DNA of 54,768 nt from positions 1 through 54,768 of the forward strand of contig CAWHHI010000015.1 in assembly GCA_963829055.1 (NCBI GenBank). The letters are read 5' to 3'. This stretch comes from an uncultured Gemmatimonadaceae bacterium (GTDB lineage: Bacteria > Gemmatimonadota > Gemmatimonadetes > Gemmatimonadales > Gemmatimonadaceae). Below the pieces are notes generated by a model. It ran no database searches. It had not been told where the DNA came from and saw only the letters and a program-made list of their open reading frames with translations. Shown here in pieces: positions 1 through 9,161 of the stretch; the stretch's first letter is position 1, and each line of letters starts with the position of its first letter. Made by a program: the position numbers and the translations under genes.

Positions 1-159
1 GCTGTTGCTCGGCCTGTCGCGTGACCGCCCGATCGTCCACACGTGCCCGGTCTGCCACACACGCCGATTCGCTCGCCGCGTTATGCGTGCGTGGCGCTGT
101 CGGACGTGTGTCGACAACGGGCTGGCCGGCGAGCTGATCGCGACGCGAGTGAATGCCTG

Positions 160-3100
160 AGCGCGAGCTGTCCCGTTCTGCGACGGCAACGGTGCCGAGT
201 GGTTCCACTCGGCGCCGCTCGTCCGCGCGTTGTGGGATCGCTATCCGGTCACTCCAGGCCACGCGCTGATCGTCGCGCGACGCCACGTCGCCTCGTGGTT
301 CGACGCGACGCCCGCCGAGCGCGCCGCGATGCTCGACGCCGTCGACGCAGTCCGCGACGTCATCGAACGTCAACACTCGCCCGACGGCTACAACCTCGGA
401 CTCAATGTTGGCGCCGCGGCAGGGCAGACCGTGGATCACCTCCACCTCCACGTCATCCCGCGCTACGCCGGCGACGTCCCCGACCCTCGCGGCGGCGTCC
501 GCCACGTCCTCGCGCACTCGGGCAACTACCTCCTCACGCCTACCATAGAAGGGGCGCCTCACGACCGCGCGATCATCCGCGGTGCCGACGACCCGCTCCT
601 CCCGCACCTCGTCGCGCACCTCGATCACGCCGATCAGGTAGACATCGCCGTTGCGTTCACCATGGTCAGCGGCGTGCGCGAGCTCCAGGAGTACCTGCGC
701 GACGTGATCACCCGAGGCGGTCGCGTTAGGTTCCTCACCGGCGACTACCTCGACGTCACGGAGCCCGACGCACTGCTTCGCCTCCTGGACCTCGGGGAGG
801 GTGCCGAGCTGCGCATCTTCGAGAGCGGCGGCACCAGCTTCCACCCGAAGAGCTACATCCTGCGCCGAGCGGGTGGGTATGGGACGGCGTTCGTCGGCAG
901 CTCGAATCTGAGCCGCAGCGCGCTCCAGGCGGGCGTCGAGTGGAATTACCGCGTCGTCACGTCGCGCGACGGGCATGGCTTTCGAGACGTGTGCGACGCG
1001 TTCGACGCGCTGTTCACGGACCCGCGCACTCGCCCGCTGACGGCGGACTGGATCGAGACCTATCGCCGACGACGCACGCCGCCGCTCCCGCAGCGCACTG
1101 GCGTCGTGATCGACCCGCCACCGCCGATCCCGCTGCCGAATGCGGTGCAGGTCGAGGCGCTGAACGCGTTGACGGTGACGCGCGCGAACGGGAACGCGGC
1201 CGGCCTCGTGGTGCTCGCGACGGGACTCGGCAAGACGTGGCTCAGCGCGTTCGATACGTCGAACGCGAATGCGAAGCGCGTGCTCTTCGTCGCGCACCGC
1301 GAGGAGATCCTCGACCAGGCGATGCGCACCTACCGCGCCATTCGCCCACACGCGGTACTCGGCAAGTACACGGGTACTGAACGGTCGCCTGACGCAGACG
1401 TCGTCTTCGCGTCGATCCAGACGCTCGGTCGCGCGCGTCACCTGCGCCGCTTCGCGCCCGACGAGTTCGACTACATCGTCGTCGACGAGTTCCACCACGC
1501 GGCGGCGTCGACGTACCGGCGGCTCATCGATCACTTCACGCCGCGGTTTCTCCTCGGACTTACGGCGACGCCCGAGCGCACGGACGGCGCGAGCCTGCTC
1601 GCGTTATGCGGTGAGAACCTGGTCTACCGTTGCGATCTCGCGGACGGGATCAAGCGCGGACTCCTGTCTCCGTTCGACTACTACGGCGTGCCTGACGAGG
1701 TCGACTACGAGAACATCCCGTGGCGGAGCAATCGGTTCGACGAGGAGGAGCTGACCAACGCGCTCGCCACGACGTCGCGGGCCGAGAATGCGCTGGATCA
1801 GCTGCGGCGTCGGGGAGGGAAGCGGGCGCTCGCGTTCTGCGTGTCGCAGCGGCATGCGGACTTCATGAAGACGTTCGCTCGAAACGCCGGGTCTGAACGT
1901 GGCGGCGGTGCACTCGGGGCAGTCGAGCGATCCGCGCACGCATTCACTCGAGCGACTGCAGCGCGGCGAGATCGACGTGCTGTTCGCCGTGGACATGTTC
2001 AACGAGGGTGTCGACCTGCCGGACGTCGACACGATCCTCATGCTCCGTCCGACGGAGTCGCAGATCCTCTGGCTGCAGCAGTTCGGGCGCGGGCTGCGGT
2101 ATCGCCCGGAGAAGCGGCTCAAGGTCATCGACTACATCGGGAATCACCGCTCGTTCCTGCTCAAGCCGCGGACGCTGTTCCAGCTCGAGGGCGGCGACGT
2201 CGACATCACGCGCGCGCTGAACCTCATCGAGGTCGGGCGTGGGGCCGAGCTCCTGCCGCCTAACTGTTCGGTCACGTACGACCTCGAGGCGAAGAACATT
2301 CTGCGCGGTCTCCTCGAGGCGGCGCCGAGGGGCGATCTCCTTCGCACGTACTACGAGGAGTTCCGCGCGCGTACTGGATTCCGTCCGTTCGCCACCGAAG
2401 CGTTTCACGACGGCTACGATCCGGGCTCGGCTCGTTCGGGCTACGGCTCGTGGTTCCAGTTCGTGCGCGCGATGGGCGACCTGGCCGAAGCCGACGACGT
2501 CGAGGTGCGACTCCGTCCGCTGCTCTCGGCGCTCGAGACCACGCCCATGACCAGGAGCTTCAAGATGGTCGTGCTCTTGGGCCATGATCGCGGAGGATGC
2601 GTTTCCCGGATCGGTCTCGATCGAGAAGCTCATGGAACGCGTGCGCATCATCGCGCGTCGGAGCGCGCCGCTTCGTACGGAGTTTGGGGAAGCGCTCGAT
2701 GATGACGCTGCACTCCGGGCTCTGCTCGAGGAGAACCCGATCGACGCGTGGACGGGCGGGCGTGGAACGGGTGGCCAGAGCCATTTCCGCTACGAGGGCG
2801 GGCGATTCTCCTCGGCTATCTCGCTGCCGCCAAACCTCCGCGAGTCAGGCGCGGCGCTCGTGCGTGAGTTGGCCGAGTGGCGGCTTGCGCGCTATCTGCG
2901 GCGTGCGGGGGCGGCGGGTGGTGCGCCGCGCATTGTGTGCAAGGTGTCGCACGCCGGCGGAAAGCCGATCCTCTTCCTCCCATCGCGCGACCGGAATCCC
3001 GGCATCCCTGAGGGCTGGGTGGAAGTCACCGCGGACGGCGAGACGTATCAGGCGAACTTCGTGAAGATCGCCGTGAACGTCATGACGCGTGGCGCATCCG

Positions 3101-3691
3101 ACACGAACGTGCTGCCGGAGCTGATGCGGAAGTGGTTCGGGCCTAACGCTGGTCAACCGGGGACGACGTTCCAGGTCGTGTTCGAGCGGAGCGACGAAGG
3201 CTACGTCCTGTCGCCCGCATCGAACGAGCAGCACGACGGGGCCTCAGCTCTGGGACGCGGTACAAGCGCGACGAAGTGCCGAAGCTCTTTGGCTTCGAGT
3301 TCAAGGGTCGCGAGGCTCAGTCAGGTGTGGTCGAGAGGCCCGGGCTGATCTTGCTCTTCGTCACGCTCGACAAGACGGACATGCAGGAGGAGCACCGGTA
3401 CGAGGACGCCTTCCTCTCACCGACGGAGTTCCGGTGGCAGAGTCAGAATCGAACCGCGCGCGATAGTTCAGATGGGGCGGAAGATTCAGAATCACCGAGC
3501 GGAGGCGACGAAGATCCATCTCTTCGTCAGGACCGATGGCCAAGGTGGGCGGTCGCACGCAGCCGTTCCTGTACGCTGGGCCGCTCGAGTTCCAGCGGTG
3601 GGACGGCGACAAGCCGATCACGGTGTGGTGGAAGCTCAATTCGGCAGTCCCGCGCGAATTGAAAGACTCGTTGCGCCTGCCTCGGAAGTGA
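160..3691 (+). CDS. HIT + phospholipase-D nuclease + SF2 (DEXD/HelicC) helicase + DUF3427 fusion; SauUSI-like putative modification-dependent nuclease (several frameshifts; start approximate)
   Basis: Motifs across ORFs 230-2263, 1899-2702, 2584-3348, 3276-3662: PFC..., GQTVDHLHLHVIPR (HIT), FHPKSY...GSSNLS (PLD HxK), ATGLGKT, DEFHH, GLTATPER, DMFNEGVDLP, RPTES, QQFGRGLR, LFVTL...YEDAF...FRWQSQ (DUF3427). The last frame ends LRLPRK-TGA at 3691. Confidence 0.85.
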
Positions 3692-3709
3692 TTCGGGTCT
3701 ACCGGCGTG

Positions 3710-4306
3710 CTATGCGTCGTACTCCACCGCCTCCGGCTCCGCGATGGCGGTCAACTCTACGCGGTGATAGATCGCATCGAGCGTCAGCTCTGCATCGAGG
3801 CACGGGACGGCCACGCTCCCGTCGCCGACGATCTCCTCGCGCATCCATGCCGCCGAGGCATCCTCACGCCAGTGCCGCTCGACGCGACGCCGACGATGGT
3901 CGACGATGAGATACGCGCGTAGCGACGGGATCTCTCGGTAGGCAGCGAGCTTTTCGCCACGGTCGATCCTCGCCGTGCTCGGTGACGTCACCTCGATCAC
4001 CACGCACGGCTCGCGGATGACGATGTCCTCCTGGCTGATCGCGCCGCAGACGACCATGGCGTCGGGGTAGTAGTAGGCGTCGTCGGCGGCCCGGAGCCGA
4101 ACCTCGATAACCGCCTGACACGGCCCGTCACCGGCGGCGGAGAAAAGGCGAGTCGCGATGTTCAGCGAGATACGGCTGTGCCGGACTGTGCCGCCGGACA
4201 TCGCGTACACCTCACCCGCGACGTACTCGTGCCTGAGAGGCGAGCTCTCCTCGAAAAGGAAGTACTCATCGACGGTCATGGACCGCCGCGCATCGGGCTC
4301 GGTCAT
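3710..4306 (-). CDS. Uma2 (DUF820) family PD-(D/E)xK endonuclease-fold protein
   Basis: RHEYVAGEVYAMSGG, YYPDAMV, IEVTSPST..D..EK...Y, YLIVD pattern. Confidence 0.9.
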   Translation of the reverse strand: MTEPDARRSMTVDEYFLFEESSPLRHEYVAGEVYAMSGGTVRHSRISLNIATRLFSAAGDGPCQAVIEVRLRAADDAYYYPDAMVVCGAISQEDIVIREPCVVIEVTSPSTARIDRGEKLAAYREIPSLRAYLIVDHRRRRVERHWREDASAAWMREEIVGDGSVAVPCLDAELTLDAIYHRVELTAIAEPEAVEYDA

Positions 4307-4358
4307 ACATCCACTCTACGCTCGGCGCTCGAAACAGTGCAAGCGAAGAAGCGCCGAG
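4307..4358 (-). promoter_or_regulatory. Putative leaderless sigma70 promoter with inverted repeat around the -35 box
   Basis: Minus strand TTGCAC(4342-4337)-N18-TAGAGT(4318-4313), 6 nt before the ATG. IR CTCGGCGCT-N20-AGCGCCGAG. Same layout at 35242-35293. Confidence 0.55.
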
Positions 4359-4371
4359 GGGGCCGGGGCCG

Positions 4372-4432
4372 GCGCGAAGGTCACAGCGAGCCCCAGCGGT
4401 AAGCGACGAGCCTGAAGCTCGGAGCCGTGAGC
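4372..4432. repeat. Left arm of an imperfect inverted repeat (heptamer-periodic) flanking the four-helix-bundle gene
   Basis: cagcgagccccagcggtaagcgacgagc...gagccgtgagc is the near reverse complement of 4900-4959. Confidence 0.8.
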
Positions 4433-4514
4433 GGACACACACCGCCGCGAGGATTCGCTCCGTCGCGCGTTCGCACGGTGGTCATAAACGCGAGGGACGG
4501 TGCGATCGTGCACG

Positions 4515-4877
4515 GTGCGTGACTACCATCGTCTCGAGATTTGGCGCCGCGCGCATGCGCTGGCGATCGCGATCCATGAGGTGGCCCGCGGACTGCGCGG
4601 AAACGAACTCGCCGGGCTTCGGTCGCAGCTCACGCGGGCTGCCGACTCCGTGGCCGCCAACATCGTCGAGGGGTGTGGAGCGGCGAGCGTGCGGGAATTT
4701 GCTCGCTTCCTGGACATGAGCATCAAATCGGCGTCGGAGACCGAATACCATCTCCTGAGCGCGCGCGATCGGCGCGCGCTCATCCCTCGCCGATGGCGGC
4801 AGTTGTCGAGCGAGGCGGTGGAGATTCGGCGCATGACGTACGCCTACCGGAAGCGGCTGCTCGAGGACGACACGTAG
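4515..4877 (+). CDS. Four-helix-bundle protein (23S rRNA intervening-sequence protein family)
   Basis: RDYHRLEIWRRAH...LRSQLTRAADSVAANIVEGCG...FARFL..SI.SA.E..YHL. Confidence 0.9.
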   Translation: MRDYHRLEIWRRAHALAIAIHEVARGLRGNELAGLRSQLTRAADSVAANIVEGCGAASVREFARFLDMSIKSASETEYHLLSARDRRALIPRRWRQLSSEAVEIRRMTYAYRKRLLEDDT

Positions 4878-4899
4878 CAGACGAGCGGCAGCAGGCGTA

Positions 4900-4959
4900 G
4901 CTCACGGCTCACAGCTAATAGCTCATCGCTTACGGCTGGGGCTCGCTGCCATCTTCGCG
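4900..4959. repeat. Right arm of the inverted repeat flanking the four-helix-bundle gene
   Basis: gctcacg gctcaca gctaata gctcatc gcttacg gctgggg ctcgctg heptads, complementary to 4372-4432. Confidence 0.8.
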
Positions 4960-5091
4960 ATGCCCTGAGCCTCAGCGACGGCCATGACTCACCACGTCAC
5001 CGTACGCGCCTCGGCCAAAAACACGCCACTGTACTTGTGAGATGCTACCCATCCTGCCGCGCGACGCTTAACTCACGCGCCGTTACAGCGT

Positions 5092-7226
5092 TCAATCCAC
5101 CCGTGCGTGCGCGCCGGGCACGTAGGCACAAAAGACGCCGGTGCGGATGCTCCGGTCGAGATGATCGCCTAACGTCGAGTGGTGTTCGCGAAGTCGACCA
5201 TCGCGGCCCGCACCGCCCGGGTCACACTCACTCTCGCGCGTTCCGACGCCGAGCCTGCGCGCCGATCGCGACCGCCGAGTCCGACCGCGCGCGACAGCTC
5301 ACGGATCAGGAAGTCCCGTTCAGTCTCCGCCTGCGCCTGACGCTCACTGTCCGCGAACGCCCGCGCCTCTTCGATATCCTCCTCGATCTCGGCGAGTCGC
5401 CGCCGGTACGCCTCCTTCGCTCGCGCGTCCAGCATCTCACCGGCGTCGCCTAACGCCGCTGACGTAGCCCCGGACTCGGTCGCCTGCGTCAGGTCCGCGG
5501 TCTGTCCGCGCTCGGCGGCCACCAGGTCGAGCACGTGAAACGCACGCCCGGGATCGGCGAGGAGTCGACCGATGTACCGCAGTCCCTTCGAATCCCGCAG
5601 GCGCACTGTCTGCCCCTCGAACGTCACGCACCAGTAGTCGCCCTCACAGCGGAATTCGCCGAGCTGCGAAGTGACGCTACGGGTGTCGCGCGCTAGATCC
5701 CTCCCTTCGTCGCTTGCGCTCCTCAGGGCAGGCGCTGACGCTCGGGATGACAACGTGCGGCCGCAGGCGTGCGTCGCGCGGTCTGCGTGATGCACGGCCC
5801 CTACGCGCTCGAAGCCTGATCGCGCGGCGCGAAACTCGAGCAGCGCACGCTCCTCGTCGCCTTCGTCACGGTGTGCTTGCGCGAGCCCCATACGCGCGAC
5901 CGCCGTCTCGTACGGAGCGCCGACCTCGTTCCAGAGATGCACTGCCTCCTCGAAGTCGCGCCGAGCCCCCACGACATCCCCCTCGGCCAGCCTAACGTTG
6001 CCACGCGCGGTCAATGCGCCCGCGGTGAGGGCCTTGCTGCCGAACAGGGTGGCGATCGTGCTCAGCTCGTCCGCCGCCCACCGCGCTCGCTCGAGATCAC
6101 CAGCCGCCAGCGCGATCTCCACCTGCGCCTCGAGGAGCGGCGCTCGGCGAAGCTCCGTGTTCGGCGGAAGCTCCTTCGATGGGAGTGCTGAGCGGGTGCT
6201 CGAGCGCATCCCGGATGGACGCCGCGGCCAGCGCGACATCGCCTCTCGCCAGAAAGACCAACGCGAGGCCCGGCTGCGGATCCCACCCGGCGTGGTGAGC
6301 CTCGAGGAACGCCTGCTCGGCGCCCTTCGACGTCGCCCTTCCGCAGCCGGATGCGGCCGAGCTCCGTCAGCGGCCATCCGAATTCCCGTCGCAGGTAGGG
6401 GCGCAGCTCGTCGCAGGCCAGGAGCGCTTCGCGCTCCGCCTCGTCGCTGGACCCGCGCAGGCGGAGGATCTCGGCGCGGTGAACGCGGCAGCGTCCGTGA
6501 ATGCTTCCCACCGATCGCCCCTGCCGCCATCGCTCCATGGCCTGCGTCCACTCCTCGGCCAGGTCGTACTGCGCGACCGCCTGCAGCGCACATACGAGCT
6601 CGCAGTACACGACTCCGGTGAGGAAGGGATCGAGCTCGCCGGAGACCGTGACGACGGCCGCTTCATCGAGCAGCTCGAGGCCCTGTTGGACGTCGCCATC
6701 CAGGATGAGGCTGCGCGCCTCCGCGATTCGGCCGATCGCGGCCGCGGCGGGATCGTACTTCGTGCCCAGCTCGATCGCGCGTCGGGCCCACTGGCGAGCT
6801 GCGGGGAAGTCACCCGAGAGCAGCCGTTCATAGTTGCGGGCGACCGCCACCCACGCGTGCACCGGCGTCTCGTCGTGACCCTCGAGGAGACGCTCCGCGC
6901 GTTTGATCCAACCGCGGACGGGTGCCATGAGCGCCGTGTCGAACAGCAGGTGCATGGCGACGCGCGCCGCCGCACCCGCGGCCGCTAGGCGATCGCCCGC
7001 GCGCACGGCCTGCGCGTGCGCGCGCTCCCACACCTCGAGCGACACATCGAGATGACCCGCCGCATACGCGACGTCGGCGAGCAGTGGAAGATCCGCGCGG
7101 TCCAGGGACTGACCCCCATGACCCGCATCCGCTTCCGCGAACAGCTCGTGGGCCTGTTGCCAGTCGCCCCGCGATGCGGCCTCGCGCGCCCTGGTCTCCA
7201 GCGGCTGTAACAGCAGACGTTACCAC
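5092..7226 (-). CDS. TPR/MalT-like helical transcriptional regulator with C-terminal DNA-binding region (frameshifted)
   Basis: Joined from ORFs 6062-7045 and 5169-6593 plus a final frame ending HLDRSIRTGVFCAY. Motifs GRCRVHRAEILRLRG, GAPYETA, FRCEGDYW, KGLRYIGRLL..PG, ERARVSVTRAVR. AGGAGG lies upstream of GTG 7226. Confidence 0.7.
5695..5753 (-). repeat. Half copy of the GTCATYCCGAG palindromic repeat family inside a coding linker
   Basis: Minus strand ttgtcatcccgagcgtcagcgcctgccctgaggagcgcaagcgacgaagggagggatct closely matches 46591-46650. Confidence 0.8.
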
Positions 7227-7340
7227 GGTAACGGTCCTCCTCACGCCTGATGGGAGGGAGCTGACACGCCCCAACGCGGAGCCGAGGCGACGGTGCCTCG
7301 CCGCAGTCTCGAGTGTCGAAGACAACTTGGGGGACGAGCC

Positions 7341-8233
7341 ATGGAACGCGCAAAGGTGAATGGCGTCGAGCTGGAGTATGAGGTGAAGGGATCGGGCGAA
7401 CCGGTATTGCTGATCAGTCCCGTCGTCGCGGGAGCGTTCGTGCCGTTCCTGTCGGCACCGGCGCTCGTCGATCGCTATCGCCTCATTCGGTACCACAAGC
7501 GCGGCTGGGGTGGAAGCACGCACTACCGCTCCGCCCGTGCGCATCGCGGATCACGCGGCGGACGCCGCCGCGCTACTCGACCACCTCGGCGTCTCGCGCG
7601 CGCACGTCGCGGGACACTCGAGCGGTGGCTCGATCGCCTTGCAGCTGGCCTTCGAGCGTCCCGACCTCGTTCACACGCTGGCGCTCCTGGAGCCGTCGTT
7701 GTTCAGCGTGCCGAGTGCGCAGGCGTTGTTGGAAAGAGCGGCGCCTTCCGTGGAGGCTTACCAGAGCGGCGATCACGAGGGAGCGGTCGTCGGCTTCCTG
7801 AGTCTCGTGAGCGGCCTCGATCGAGAGACGTGCCGCGGCGTGATCCAAGAGAACGTTCCGGGTGGCATCGCGCAGGCGATCAGCGACGCAGACACCTTCT
7901 TCGGCGTCGAACTGCCAGCGGTCGGTGCGTGGGAGTTCGGGCGCGACGAGGCGGCGGTGATCACGCAGCCGGTGCTTTCGGTGCTCGGGACCGAAACCGA
8001 GACGTTGTGGGTGGAAATCGCTGGCCTGCTTCGATCGTGGTTCCCGCAGGTCGAGGAGCTTCGCCGTCGACGGCGTGGGTCACTTGCTGCAGATGCAGCG
8101 TCCGGAGCCGGTTGCGCGAGGACTGGCCTCGTTCTTGGGTCGCTACCCAATGTCGTCCGTGGAAAACGGCAAATCACACGCGCGAGCTCGAGCCGTGGTT
8201 GGCGCGCCGTTGAGCGGTGCGGTAGGCGCCTAA
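7341..8233 (+). CDS. Alpha/beta fold hydrolase (frameshifted)
   Basis: NGVELEYEVKGSGEPVLLI, YHKRGWGGS, GHSSGG nucleophile motif, GVGHLLQMQRPE in the final frame ending TAA 8233. Confidence 0.85.
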
Positions 8234-8261
8234 CGGCTCACGGAGTAGAACCCCCGGCGCA

Positions 8262-8435
8262 TCAGGCCGGCCGTCGCTCGACGTTCTCGAGGATGACTTC
8301 GGGATGCCGGTCGGCCACCTGCAGAAGGCGCAACGCAGCGCCTTCCGGCACACGCTTCTCCTGCTCCCAGGAGCGCACGGTCTCGGCGCTCACATTCAGT
8401 GCCTTGGCGAACACCGTCTGCGAGAGTGCCAGGGA
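8262..8435 (-). pseudogene. C-terminal Xre-type HTH remnant (antitoxin-like)
   Basis: LALSQTVFAKALNVSAETVRSWEQEKRVPEGAALRLL; no plausible N-terminus or cognate toxin. Confidence 0.55.
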
Positions 8436-8587
8436 GGACGTCGACGAAGTGGAGAGCGATGCGCATCGGCCAATCGGCAAAGAACGCGGAATGCAATGCG
8501 TTAGGCATGAAGCTGTGACGCTCGGTACCTGGTAATCGTGTCGCGTGTGACGTCTACATCGGCTGTCCATCTTATTGGAGGAATGCA

Positions 8588-8995
8588 ATGCGATTCATCG
8601 CCTGTCTGTTACTTGTGGTCACCGCTGCATGTGGAAGCGACGCGCCAACTCAGCCGACGTCTGCCTCAGTTGCAGGTACGTGGAGGCTCCAAACGGTCAA
8701 TGGCACCGCCCTCCCTTTCGTCGCAGCGCAGATCGGTAGCGACAAGGTCGAGTTGACGAGCGACGTACTTACCGCCGTTCAGAGCGGAACCTTCACGCGA
8801 ATGACCCAGATACGCGTGACACAGAATGGTCAAGCGTCGACGCAATCGATCTCGGACGCCGGTTCGTATACGCTGAGCGGAACCGCGGTGACGTTCACGT
8901 TCGACGGCGATGGCTCGAGCGGTACCGGCTCGATAAGTGGAAACACACTCACTGTGGCTGAGGACGGATTCGCGTACATCTACAAGAGACAATAG
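8588..8995 (+). CDS. Lipoprotein, lipocalin-like beta barrel
   Basis: GGAGG RBS; lipobox VTAAC; VAGTWRL...DAGSYT pattern. Confidence 0.75.
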   Translation: MRFIACLLLVVTAACGSDAPTQPTSASVAGTWRLQTVNGTALPFVAAQIGSDKVELTSDVLTAVQSGTFTRMTQIRVTQNGQASTQSISDAGSYTLSGTAVTFTFDGDGSSGTGSISGNTLTVAEDGFAYIYKRQ

Positions 8996-9102
8996 CCGTC
9001 GGGCGCCGAGTACCACGCCAGCGGTTCGACATGGGTGCGACGCGACCACGTCGAACAACGAAGAAGCCGCGGAGGCCGTAGGCTGATTCTGGAGCGTGCG
9101 AT

Positions 9103-9124
9103 TGTCAGGTCCTCGTGTTAGTGT
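9103..9124 (+). promoter_or_regulatory. PafBC/RecA-NDp-like promoter
   Basis: TGTCAG-gtcctcgtgt-TAGTGT = TGTCRG-N10-TA-N3-T, 37 nt upstream of ATG 9162. Confidence 0.65.
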
Positions 9125-9161
9125 GTCGGCCGGTTCGCGACACCTCCCCGCTGAGCCATGA

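Noticed and set aside
98..119. TGTCGG upstream of the HIT-PLD-helicase gene as a third PafBC promoter
   Set aside because: The bases after N10 are ACAACG, not TA-N3-T.
4515..4877. Avd gene of a diversity-generating retroelement, or an rRNA intervening sequence
   Set aside because: No reverse transcriptase, no TR/VR pair and no rRNA sequence in the window.
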